Virus record (IMG/VR): IMGVR_UViG_3300046694_000315
Span: 42,047 to 106,046 of that record
Strand: one strand, 5' to 3'
DNA from: a virus
Length of the DNA stretch: 64,000 nucleotides
In this document: one piece after another, positions 55,906 to 64,000 of the stretch
Layout: each line of letters opens with the position of its first letter
Numbering within the stretch: position 1 is the stretch's first letter
Notes under the pieces: model-generated
Database searches by the model: none
What the model was told of the DNA's origin: nothing
The model's input: the letters and a program-made list of their open reading frames with translations, nothing else
Program-made: the position numbers and the translations under genes

Positions 55906-55945
55906 GCTTGCATTCTCCCAGGAATGCCTACCGAGATTGCAGTTC
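55884..55945. promoter_or_regulatory. perfect 22-bp inverted repeat covering the gp25 start codon
   Basis: GAACTGCAATCTCGGTAGGCAT-N18-ATGCCTACCGAGATTGCAGTTC. Confidence 0.85.
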
Positions 55946-55947
55946 GG

Positions 55948-56124
55948 TCAGGATGCCGGAACGATGTCCGTTACGTGGTTGCCGCACTGACTGCACAGAG
56001 CCCGGTATGCCGGTTCTGTTACGTTGGCGTACATATCCACGGTGAAGGAGACGCCTTCCATGGAGCACTCCGCTGTGCGACACGTGACAATCATCGTCAC
56101 CGGTATCGGTTCTTCTTCGTTCAT
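55948..56124 (-). CDS. small Cys-containing protein (not in ORF track)
   Basis: 58 aa MNEEEPIPVTMIVTCRTAEC...CSQC. Confidence 0.6.
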   Translation of the reverse strand: MNEEEPIPVTMIVTCRTAECSMEGVSFTVDMYANVTEPAYRALCSQCGNHVTDIVPAS

Positions 56125-56125
56125 A

Positions 56126-58591
56126 TCAACTTGCCATAACTATGTAGTCGACGCCGGTGGCCGTTGTATTCGTTCTGGTGAGCCAGATCGTAACTGAGTC
56201 CGTTGTCACGCCGGTACATCCGACGCCCGTCACCGACGTTCCGGGAACTGTGGTGGAAGGCGTCGCGATTGCTCTCGGACTACTGCCCGTAAGGCCGAGC
56301 CCCGTTACCGTCACCGACGTCGGAGTATTCGCGGCGCTGGGGGTGATCGTCACGCGGCCGGTAACGATATTCGCAGCGGCCAGGACACCGGATACCTGTA
56401 GCGCGTCAGCGCCAATTTCCGCCCCCGTGTAGGCGCCGTTGTAAGACAGGAGGATGTATGGGGTGTCTGCGGTGTCGTTTACGTTCGGCGGAGCGATAAA
56501 CATCGACCTGGAATCGGCTGAGCCGTCGACCGAGATGAGTCCGGGAGCGTCCGTGGCGGTGGCGCCGTAGAACAGCAACTCGGCGAAGTTCGCAGGGTTG
56601 TTCGAGTTCATCTCGACGCGGGCACCCGACGCGGCGCTTCGGACGGTTGCACCAGTGATGGTGGACGTACCGGTGATCGTGACACCGTTGATCGTCTTGC
56701 CATTGATGGCGTTCGCGTCGAGTTTGTCGGCGGTGATAGACCCGGCCACGACCAGCGCGTTGTCCACGGCCTTGCGCATCTTGGCGTTGGTGACGAGCCA
56801 GTACCCGGCCGCCGTCGTCGGTGTCGTCTGTGACGGGCCTACACCGAACGTCGCCAGGTACTTCCCGGCCGGGATCGTGATCTGGCCGCTGATCTTGATC
56901 CAGGTTGTTGCCGCCGACGGAGCGAGGCTTGCGGTAGCGGGCCAGGTGGTGTTGGCGCCTGCTGCGTCCGACGTCGCCAGGAAGAACCGCAGGCTGCTGT
57001 TGCAGGTGCTGGAGGCGGCCACCCACGCCTCGACGTAGTAGGTCTCCCCCGGCGACACCGGCATGGCGTTCAGCGTTCCGGCGCTGTGCTTCCACGTCAG
57101 GTCGGTGTTGAGGCTGGTCTGCGAGATGAGTTTCGCGACCCACGAGGCTGGGGCCCCTGCCGTCACGCTGGGGTCGGTGGAGGCCGTCCGGACGACGTTG
57201 GTGCCCCAGTTCCAGGCGCTGCTGTTCTGCGTGAACTGGGGGTCCAGGAGGATGTTCGACGTATCTCCGATGACCAGCTTGTCCGTGGTGATGGACCGGG
57301 CCCCGATGACGGATGCGCTGATGGTGCCGGTGGTGATCGAGCCGCCGTTGATCGTCGTGGTGGTCGGGATGGTGCCGTTGTTCAACTGGTTGGCCGGGAT
57401 GCTGACGCCCGAGCCGATGGAGCCGGTGACCGTGGTCGCCGAGGACGCGGAACCTGACGTCGTCGCGGAACCTGCCGTGGCTGCGGAGGAGACCTGCCCG
57501 GAGACGTTCGTGCCGGAGATGACGAGGTTGGTCGCGTCGATCTGTGACGCTGTCAGCCTGCCGACGGTGATCTTGGAGGCATCGATGGACGCGATGACGC
57601 CGGACTCAGCGGTGATCGTCCCGGCCGCCATCTGGTTGGCGGTGACCGAGTTGGCTGCGATGTCCCCGGTGCCTGCCTGGTGCGCCGTGCCGGAGTTCGC
57701 GGCCGACGGCGCGGAAGCGATGGCGACCTTGGAGTAGGCCACCAGCCGGTAGCTGTACGCGGAGGCGTAGTTCTGGACGGAGTCGTAGAGGAAGTCCGCG
57801 CCGGGCAGCGTGCCGACGACGACCGGGTTGGAGAAGGCCGGATCGGTGTCCCGCTGCACCTGCACGTGGGAGAAGATCGCAGGCATCGCGAAGCCGGAGA
57901 CGTCCTTGCCGTCCCAGGTGACGCGCAGGCCGCCGAGCACGCCGGTAACCCCCGGGGCGGAGGGCACCGGAGGTGGGGTCGAGGACGAGGCGCTGGTGAT
58001 GTGCGCGGACGCCCACAGGGAGACGTTGCTGGAGATGTCGACTGCCTGCACGCGGACCATGACGTCCACGCCGGTATGAAGCCCGTCGAGGACGACGAGG
58101 GTGTCCTGGGTGACCAGCCCGCCGGACCAGTTCGTGCCGTCGTAGGAGTACTGGAGGACGTAGTGGGCGAGGTCGGTGAGGTTGGTGCCGTCCTGGTTCT
58201 CCGTCGGCGCGGTCCAGCTCGCCTGCACGCGGGCCAGGGTGGCACCCTCGTTGGTGACGTACTGCACCGTGGTGAGGGTCAGCGCGGTCGGTTCCTTGGG
58301 CGGGAGAACGTCCAGTGTGTCCCCGGTCGGCAGACCGTCGACCGCGTCCTGGACGTCCTTGATGCCCAGCGGGGAGTAGACCGGCTTCGTGATGTCCCCG
58401 CCCGAGAACTGCACCCACAGGGTCTGGCCGACCGGAGGCACCGTGTTCGTCGGGGATGCCGGAACGGCCCACGCACTTTCCGCGCTTCCCAGGACCTGCG
58501 GAATCAGCAGGGTAACCCGCGCCTCATTCAGCGGGTCCTGGTTATTGGAGACACTTCCCCGGTATATGCCCAGCATCGGCTCAGCCGACAT
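56126..58591 (-). CDS. baseplate spike (gp5/VgrG OB fold) fused to FN3 and fibre-like regions
   Basis: YRGSV..NQDP...RV...PQV...WA.P...P.VG..LWVQF.GGD...PVY; FN3 motifs; ITADKL-type repeats. Confidence 0.8.
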   Translation of the reverse strand: MSAEPMLGIYRGSVSNNQDPLNEARVTLLIPQVLGSAESAWAVPASPTNTVPPVGQTLWVQFSGGDITKPVYSPLGIKDVQDAVDGLPTGDTLDVLPPKEPTALTLTTVQYVTNEGATLARVQASWTAPTENQDGTNLTDLAHYVLQYSYDGTNWSGGLVTQDTLVVLDGLHTGVDVMVRVQAVDISSNVSLWASAHITSASSSTPPPVPSAPGVTGVLGGLRVTWDGKDVSGFAMPAIFSHVQVQRDTDPAFSNPVVVGTLPGADFLYDSVQNYASAYSYRLVAYSKVAIASAPSAANSGTAHQAGTGDIAANSVTANQMAAGTITAESGVIASIDASKITVGRLTASQIDATNLVISGTNVSGQVSSAATAGSATTSGSASSATTVTGSIGSGVSIPANQLNNGTIPTTTTINGGSITTGTISASVIGARSITTDKLVIGDTSNILLDPQFTQNSSAWNWGTNVVRTASTDPSVTAGAPASWVAKLISQTSLNTDLTWKHSAGTLNAMPVSPGETYYVEAWVAASSTCNSSLRFFLATSDAAGANTTWPATASLAPSAATTWIKISGQITIPAGKYLATFGVGPSQTTPTTAAGYWLVTNAKMRKAVDNALVVAGSITADKLDANAINGKTINGVTITGTSTITGATVRSAASGARVEMNSNNPANFAELLFYGATATDAPGLISVDGSADSRSMFIAPPNVNDTADTPYILLSYNGAYTGAEIGADALQVSGVLAAANIVTGRVTITPSAANTPTSVTVTGLGLTGSSPRAIATPSTTVPGTSVTGVGCTGVTTDSVTIWLTRTNTTATGVDYIVMAS

Positions 58592-59729
58592 TGATATCCT
58601 CCAAAAGGCTCGACTCCCAGAACTGCTTGTTTCTCAGAACAGCCGGGACGCTGTCGAACTTGAAACGCTTGTTCGCATCGCTTCGGAATGTTACCGCGTA
58701 GGGCTGATCCCTTTCCGCATCCACCGTCGTGGTGAACAGCAGTCCGGAGTTGTCCTTGCTGCGGTTGATGATGTGCTTTGTCGACGTGACCATCCACCGA
58801 CCCTGACGGTCAGAGGAAATCGACGAACCGGAAATACCGATGAGCGTTCCCGGGGAAACCTTCGACGTGCCGTATACCGTCGCCTGAATGGTGATCCATC
58901 CTTGCGAAGCCAGCGTGCGCGCTTCCATGAGTGCCTGGGCGTCCGCGTAGTTGTCGACCGCGCGGGACGTGGTGATCGTGTTCAGGAACGAGGACGCTCC
59001 GGTCTTCGCCGAGGACGACGCCTGAATGACCCGGCCGGTCTTTGCGTCCAGGCCGGAAATGGCGGACGTGCCGGTAGTTCCGTTGGCCCGGGGAATCATC
59101 GTGCCCGCCAGGATCGTCATGTCCTGGAGGGTGTCGTACTTGCCGGGCCGCTGGCTCTTCGTGAACACCGGAATGTCCTGGGCCTTCTGCCCGAGGAGCA
59201 GAATTCGCGGGTCCAGGAAGTACAGCGTCGTGCCTTCCACCCAGAAACGGAAACCCGTCTCGGCCGCAAGGTCGGACACCAACTTGAAATCGGACTGGCC
59301 CGACTGCGCCCAGTAGGTGAGGCGCCGGGCGCTCGGGGAGATAACCGTGCGCAGCCCGTTCTCCCGGCCCACCTGCCGCACGATCGACGTCGGGGAGACG
59401 TTCTTCCACGACCGGGTGCGCTGGGTGTTCATGGGCAGCGATGTCCCGATGCAGACGTACCGGGTGGTGACGGTCTGGTTGGCGGAGGTGGCCATCACGC
59501 TGGAGTGGTGTACGTAGCCGTACCAGCGCGACATGTCGTTCGGGGACCGGCCGTAGTCCAAGACCACGGGGGCCAGCTCGGGGTAGGCGGTCCGGCCGAT
59601 GGGCGTGGACACGTCGATGATGGCCATGGCATGGACGCCATAGCCTTCGCGGACCTCGACCCGGTAGATGTAGTCGGTCACCCGGTCCGAGCCGATGGCC
59701 AGCCGGGTGACAGGCGGCTGCTCAGACAC
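58581..59729 (-). CDS. baseplate hub (gpD/gp27-like)
   Basis: QSGQSDFKLVSDLAAETGFRFWVEGTTLYF; position in module. Confidence 0.8.
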   Translation of the reverse strand: MSEQPPVTRLAIGSDRVTDYIYRVEVREGYGVHAMAIIDVSTPIGRTAYPELAPVVLDYGRSPNDMSRWYGYVHHSSVMATSANQTVTTRYVCIGTSLPMNTQRTRSWKNVSPTSIVRQVGRENGLRTVISPSARRLTYWAQSGQSDFKLVSDLAAETGFRFWVEGTTLYFLDPRILLLGQKAQDIPVFTKSQRPGKYDTLQDMTILAGTMIPRANGTTGTSAISGLDAKTGRVIQASSSAKTGASSFLNTITTSRAVDNYADAQALMEARTLASQGWITIQATVYGTSKVSPGTLIGISGSSISSDRQGRWMVTSTKHIINRSKDNSGLLFTTTVDAERDQPYAVTFRSDANKRFKFDSVPAVLRNKQFWESSLLEDINVG

Positions 59730-59994
59730 TGGGGACCCGCACGATCTGCCCCGGGGTGATCACGGTCCAGTCCATGATCTCCGGGTTCGCGTCGGCGATG
59801 TGCCACCACATACCGGGGTCGCCGTAGTACTGCTGCGCGAGCAGGTCGATACGGTCAGCCGAAGTCAACTGGTGGTAGGTGAAGTTGAACGTCCACTCGC
59901 GCTGCTGGCCGGGCACAACCGTGAGGTTGGTGCCCCGGCTGGAGGCAACGAGGGTGAGCGTGGAGTCTGCGTAGCGGGAGTTGTTGGTGATCAC
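59722..59994 (-). CDS. LysM/tail X-like baseplate protein
   Basis: DRIDLLAQQYYGDPGMWWHIADANP...PGQIVRVP. Confidence 0.85.
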   Translation of the reverse strand: MITNNSRYADSTLTLVASSRGTNLTVVPGQQREWTFNFTYHQLTSADRIDLLAQQYYGDPGMWWHIADANPEIMDWTVITPGQIVRVPSV

Positions 59995-60794
59995 CGTCCG
60001 GCCTTTCCGCTCTTGGCCGCCTGCTCGGAGGCAGACAGCGGGTCGCCCCAGTTGCCTGCGCGAGGGCCGATGAAGCCGGGCTTGGCCTCGTACTTGTTGC
60101 CTCCCTGCGGCGTCGGCAGGAGCGTCACGGTGACCGTGACCTGCGCGCGAGAGGGGATCATCTCCTGGGTCCAGTGGGTGTACTGGAGGTCCAACTGCTG
60201 GATGACGCCGTAGTAGGACAGCGACGTGCCGATCACGACGTACACCGGCACGTAGGTCATGGGACCGGCCGGGCCGTTGGTGTAGGTGCCCTTCGAGAAC
60301 GCCTTCTTGTAGGCGTCCGCGTCGGAGCTGCTGTCGTCGGTGACCGGCATCGGGGTGGCGATACCGGTGATCTTGTAGAGGGCGAGGATGTCGTAGGCCA
60401 CGCCGAAGGAAGGCACCATCGTGGCCGCCTCCCCGTACAACTTCGAGGAGTCCCACAGTTCGTAGGTGCGGTCGAAGAGCAGGCTGAACGACAGCGTCTG
60501 CTGAAGTGGGAGCAGCGTCTGCCCGGCGGTGACGTCGTCCTTGTTCACCGCGTTCGGGTCGGACAGGACGTTGGTGTCGATGCCGTGGGAGATGCTGATC
60601 GTGCTCGGGTTGTAGAGGAAGTTGCAGCGCTGGCGGGCGCCGTTCACTCCCTTCTCCTGGATGATGAATCCCCGGGTCAACTTCTTTCCGCCCGACCCGG
60701 TAACCCAGTCGACTCCGCCCAGGTTCTGGGTGAACGGAATGCTGGTGATTCGCGGGTCGAAGGGACCGTTGTCGGTTATCTTGCTGGCGGCCAT
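59991..60794 (-). CDS. tail tube initiator-like protein
   Basis: FLYNPSTIS...LSFSLLFDRT...P.RA.V.V; position after tape measure. Confidence 0.65.
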   Translation of the reverse strand: MAASKITDNGPFDPRITSIPFTQNLGGVDWVTGSGGKKLTRGFIIQEKGVNGARQRCNFLYNPSTISISHGIDTNVLSDPNAVNKDDVTAGQTLLPLQQTLSFSLLFDRTYELWDSSKLYGEAATMVPSFGVAYDILALYKITGIATPMPVTDDSSSDADAYKKAFSKGTYTNGPAGPMTYVPVYVVIGTSLSYYGVIQQLDLQYTHWTQEMIPSRAQVTVTVTLLPTPQGGNKYEAKPGFIGPRAGNWGDPLSASEQAAKSGKAGR

Positions 60795-60825
60795 TACGCG
60801 ACCGCCCGAGTATGAAGTCGCATTG

Positions 60826-63800
60826 TTAGTTACCTGCCGCGATGAGGTTGATTCGGTTGTCCTCGGCGATGGCCGTCATGATCTGCTGAGCAGCGTCACG
60901 GGCCGACTGGGAGTCCATGGCACCTTGCACCTTCACGGTGATCGCACCGGCATTGAAGTGCAGGGTGGCCGCGCCACCCTTGGCATGAAGCCCGCCGACG
61001 CCGTTGCTCAGTGGCGTGTTGCCGGACAGCGCGGCACGCACAGCCTCAGCCTGGTAGGCCGGGATGATCATCTCGCCCTTGTGGACGCGGGCCGTCTGGT
61101 CGACGTCGATGTTGGTCGAGCCGACCGCGTATCCCTTGTATGCACCGCCGTTGGCCATGGCCTTGATGCCCGGCACATTGTCCAGGCTGTGGTAGCGGGA
61201 TTCCGCGTAGCGCACGCCCGCGATGATGTTGTCGACCGGGTTCCAGATGTCCTTGTGACCCTTGAGCGAATACGCGTTGAACGTCGAGTCGATGGTCTGC
61301 ATGATGCCCTTGGACGGGTGGCCCGCCTTGGCATTGGAGTCGGTGCGGTTGATCGCCCGGGGGTTGCCGCTGGACTCGTGCATGATCATCGTGTTGACGA
61401 TGGACTCGTTGTGCTTGGTGTCCTGCTTGAGGATCCCGAGCGCGGACTTGATCCACTTGGCTACGTTGCCCTTCGGCATCGCCCCCGTGGGGACGTCGCT
61501 GGAGGAGTCGTCCGAGGCGGCGTCCTTGCTGGCCGTGCTGGAGCCGGTGCTGATCTGGGCCGTGGAGATTCCGGCCGCGATGGCATCGACTTCCTCGGTG
61601 GATCCGTACGCGCCGGTATCACCGCCGAAGCCCATGCTGGAAAGCCGGTTGGAGCCGGACCCGGCGGTGTCCTCGGTGTCGCTGCCGACGTCGCTCATGC
61701 TGCCGACGGATCCGAGGATCCGCACGGCGTTGGTGAACTCGCTCGGCTTGAAGGAGCGGACACGCACCACGGCACCCGTGTGCGGCGCCTCGATCAGCCT
61801 GCCGCCACCGATGCACATCACGACGTGGTGCGCGGGGTCACCGTTGAACATCAGGTCACCGGGGCGCACGTCGCTCATCTTGACCTTCTTACCGGCCCGC
61901 TGCTGCTGCGCGGCGGTGCGGGGCAGGGAGACACCGATCTGCCTGAAGGAGTACTGGAGCAAGCCGGAGCAGTCGAAGCCCTTCGGCGTGCTGCCGCCCC
62001 AGACGTACTTCACACCGAGGTACTTCATGGCAACCTTGATGACGGCCGCAGCAGTCTTGCCCGCGCCCGATGTTCCTGTGGCCTTCGCACCGGACGTCTT
62101 GCTGCCGGTTGCCGCAGCCGCGCCGCCAGCCGTGGCACCGCCGAAGAAGTTGCTGACGATGCCCACTCCCGCGCCGATCGTTCCGCCGACAGCGGCACCG
62201 ACAGCGGTACCGATGACGGGGACGACGGAGCCGACCGCAGCACCGGCGAGAGCGCCGGTACCGGCGTCCACCGCGACGTGGCCCCACTTGTTGCCCGTCC
62301 CGCCCTTCTTGCTGACCTTGTCGACGACCTTCGAGCCGAAGTGGTGGGTGAGGTAGGCACCAGCACCGTAGGCGCCAGCAGCCCCCACAGCGCCCGCACT
62401 CAGGTCCAACGCACCCGCAGCGCCTGCGACACCGGGTATACGCCCCATCAGGCCGCCAGCGCCTCCGCCGCTACCCATCAGACCGCTGCCGAGCCGCATG
62501 GCTCCACTGAGACCGCGCGCAGCGCCCCAGGCACCCACACCGGCACCGAGGCTGGAGCCGAGCACCGAACTGGCGCCTCCGACTGCGCCCATCGCCGTGG
62601 ACAGGCCGGTTGCCTTGAGGACGCCCTGGAGCGCGGTGGAGAATTGGTCCAGGTACTTCGTCGCCGTCTGGAGACCTGCGGTGAATCCGTCGTTCTCGTT
62701 GACGTCCTGGTTGCGCAGGGTTCCCGCGCGGGTCATCAGGGTGTTGGCGGTCGACCCACCGATGCCCAGCTTCCCGAGGGCGGACTGAGCGGAGTTCTTC
62801 TCCTCCTGCGTCTTGCCGTTGTCGCGCTTGTTGGCCAGGTTGACGTAGGTCTGTGCGGACGCGCCGGAGACCTGCGCGAGCATCATGCCCTTGAGTTCGC
62901 CCCGGACCAGTTCGAGGGTCTTGGGGTCCAAGGTCCGGGAGAGGGACTGCATGATGCCGGACTGGTCGTTGTCGAGCGTTCCGGCGATCTGCTCCTTGGT
63001 CTTCAGGTTCTTGAGGTTCGGCCACCGGGCGAGTGCCTGTTGGGCGATCTGTCGCGGGGACTGCTTCTGCCCGTTCTTGATCGTCGCGATGCCAATGGCC
63101 TGCATCCCGTAGTACGTGCCAGCCGTCCACGCGGCGGCCGTTCCCTGGGCACGCTGCGTCTCGGACATGCCCGGGTTCATGTAGCCCGAGGTGCCCTTGA
63201 CGTAGTTCCACTGCTGGTTGAAGGAGGATGATCCCGCCGACAGACCCGTACGGGTCATCGTGCCGTAGGCCGTCGCCGCGTCCTGGGTCGACTGGGCGGT
63301 GAAGTTGTTCTTGAAGCCCTGGTCTCGCAGGGTGTGCCAGGACGAGGAGGAGCCCTGTGCCGCCTGGTAGGCGGTCGTCTGCATGACGACCTGGTCGGGC
63401 AGCTTCTTCTGGCCCCACGCGACGACGCTGGACAGCGTGCTCTTGAGGCCGCCGTTGTTCGAGCGTCGGCCGCCGTTGTTGGCTGCACCGCCACCCAGGC
63501 GGGGGGTGTTGCCGCCGCTGTTGCCGCTGTTGTTGCCGCCCTGGCCGCCGTTGTTGGCCGCGCCGCCACCCTGGTTGCCGTTGGTGGAGAAGCGCGCACC
63601 GCCCCCGTTGCCGGTGGGCGAGCCCGTACCGCCCTGACCGCCGTTGGTGCGGCCGTGAGCGTAGTTGCTGGTGCCGTTCCAGACGTCACCCAGCGCAAGG
63701 CCGAGACCCCGGGAGCGGGACATCTGCCCGACTCCGGTGTTTACACCCTTGAGGCCCTTGTTCAAGTCGTTGATGGTGCGCGTAAGGGCAGAGATCGCGT

Positions 63801-63858
63801 CCTGGGCATTGTTCCAGCCCAAGAGCGGTCCCTGCCCCGCCACGTTGTTGCTAGCCAT
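60826..63858 (-). CDS. tape measure protein with NlpC/P60 and lytic transglycosylase domains
   Basis: YVWGG...FDCSGL...HHVVM (NlpC/P60); HESSGNP...KGIMQ (SLT). Confidence 0.88.
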   Translation of the reverse strand: MASNNVAGQGPLLGWNNAQDAISALTRTINDLNKGLKGVNTGVGQMSRSRGLGLALGDVWNGTSNYAHGRTNGGQGGTGSPTGNGGGARFSTNGNQGGGAANNGGQGGNNSGNSGGNTPRLGGGAANNGGRRSNNGGLKSTLSSVVAWGQKKLPDQVVMQTTAYQAAQGSSSSWHTLRDQGFKNNFTAQSTQDAATAYGTMTRTGLSAGSSSFNQQWNYVKGTSGYMNPGMSETQRAQGTAAAWTAGTYYGMQAIGIATIKNGQKQSPRQIAQQALARWPNLKNLKTKEQIAGTLDNDQSGIMQSLSRTLDPKTLELVRGELKGMMLAQVSGASAQTYVNLANKRDNGKTQEEKNSAQSALGKLGIGGSTANTLMTRAGTLRNQDVNENDGFTAGLQTATKYLDQFSTALQGVLKATGLSTAMGAVGGASSVLGSSLGAGVGAWGAARGLSGAMRLGSGLMGSGGGAGGLMGRIPGVAGAAGALDLSAGAVGAAGAYGAGAYLTHHFGSKVVDKVSKKGGTGNKWGHVAVDAGTGALAGAAVGSVVPVIGTAVGAAVGGTIGAGVGIVSNFFGGATAGGAAAATGSKTSGAKATGTSGAGKTAAAVIKVAMKYLGVKYVWGGSTPKGFDCSGLLQYSFRQIGVSLPRTAAQQQRAGKKVKMSDVRPGDLMFNGDPAHHVVMCIGGGRLIEAPHTGAVVRVRSFKPSEFTNAVRILGSVGSMSDVGSDTEDTAGSGSNRLSSMGFGGDTGAYGSTEEVDAIAAGISTAQISTGSSTASKDAASDDSSSDVPTGAMPKGNVAKWIKSALGILKQDTKHNESIVNTMIMHESSGNPRAINRTDSNAKAGHPSKGIMQTIDSTFNAYSLKGHKDIWNPVDNIIAGVRYAESRYHSLDNVPGIKAMANGGAYKGYAVGSTNIDVDQTARVHKGEMIIPAYQAEAVRAALSGNTPLSNGVGGLHAKGGAATLHFNAGAITVKVQGAMDSQSARDAAQQIMTAIAEDNRINLIAAGN

Positions 63859-64000
63859 TTTCCGCCTCAGCACTTCGCCTATGTCGCTGCGCCCTGAACC
63901 ACTTCACCCAGTGAAGACGCTCGCGCACGGTCAACCGGCGAATCTCGCTGAGGCTCCACGCCGGACTTAGTTCGACTAGTTGCTCGTATTCGAAGTACGT
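63851..64000 (-). CDS. C-terminal part of a tail assembly chaperone-like gene
   Basis: ...YEQLVELSPAWSLSEIRRLTVRERLHW...; directly upstream of tape measure. Confidence 0.55.
   Translation of the reverse strand, partial: TYFEYEQLVELSPAWSLSEIRRLTVRERLHWVKWFRAQRHRRSAEAENG

Larger units (their letters stand above)
14408..60817 (-). repeat. dispersed strand-polarised motif (S)(R)CTTCATAC(Y)
   Basis: GGTATGAAG on + at 14408,16572,20987,21604,22869,26217,28154,30933,31377,32564,33608,34451,37904,38689,39431,40348,42890,43272,46631,48230,58073; AGTATGAAG at 19982,45117,47844,60809. Confidence 0.95.

Noticed and set aside
55924-56139. + strand ORF starting MPTEIAV like gp25
   Set aside because: Artefact of the 22-bp inverted repeat, not a duplicated gene.
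14408-60817. GGTATGAAG read as antisense start codons (recurring GMK in + ORFs)
   Set aside because: No consistent SD or coherent downstream ORFs; GMK is simply the reverse complement of the motif.
14408-60817. UUCAUAC as a tRNA-Met anticodon-loop mimic
   Set aside because: The flanks I checked do not form an anticodon stem.
14408-60817. Motif as a CRISPR repeat or as type III restriction-site orientation bias
   Set aside because: Too short and irregularly spaced inside genes for CRISPR; restriction avoidance could explain polarity but not strong enrichment.
3549-63231. Many long + strand ORFs (e.g. 4904-6838, 35759-37987, 51703-54153, 60622-63231)
   Set aside because: They are antisense shadows of minus-strand genes in GC-rich DNA, with no recognisable motifs.
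1-64000. tRNA genes, integrase, reverse transcriptase, introns or inteins
   Set aside because: None recognisable by eye; polymerase, RNR, RecA and DnaB look uninterrupted. tRNAscan/Infernal would be needed to exclude RNA genes.

Overview
A 64-kb segment of a large, GC-rich (about 68-70% by eye) lytic-type actinobacteriophage, probably infecting Streptomyces, with a contractile (myovirus-like) tail. Nearly all genes are on the minus strand. In transcription order (right to left): tape measure, baseplate and tail genes (64-50 kb); holin-like genes and an AT-hook-like protein; a replication and recombination block (HTH initiator with a candidate internal origin, DnaC-like loader, DnaB, primase, SNF2 helicase, SSB-like protein, family A polymerase, class II RNR, RecA, resolvase, WhiB, Cas4-like exonuclease, RNA ligase, ThyX, dNMP kinase, EndoVII); a middle block (SpoVS, glycosylase-like protein, CHAP endolysin, secreted transglycosylase, nucleotidyltransferase, ParB-like, HAD-like and TGT/DpdA-like genes); and an early region (14-1.5 kb) of small gene cassettes, each with a sigma70/HrdB-type promoter and a conserved leader. 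The most striking unexplained signal is a strand-polarised motif, CTTCATAC on the coding strand (GTATGAAG on +). I counted 25 exact copies by hand plus close variants and saw none in the opposite orientation. It sits mostly inside genes as in-frame CTT-CAT-ACY (Leu-His-Thr) and also in intergenic leaders. All protein calls are from motif recognition by eye, not database searches.
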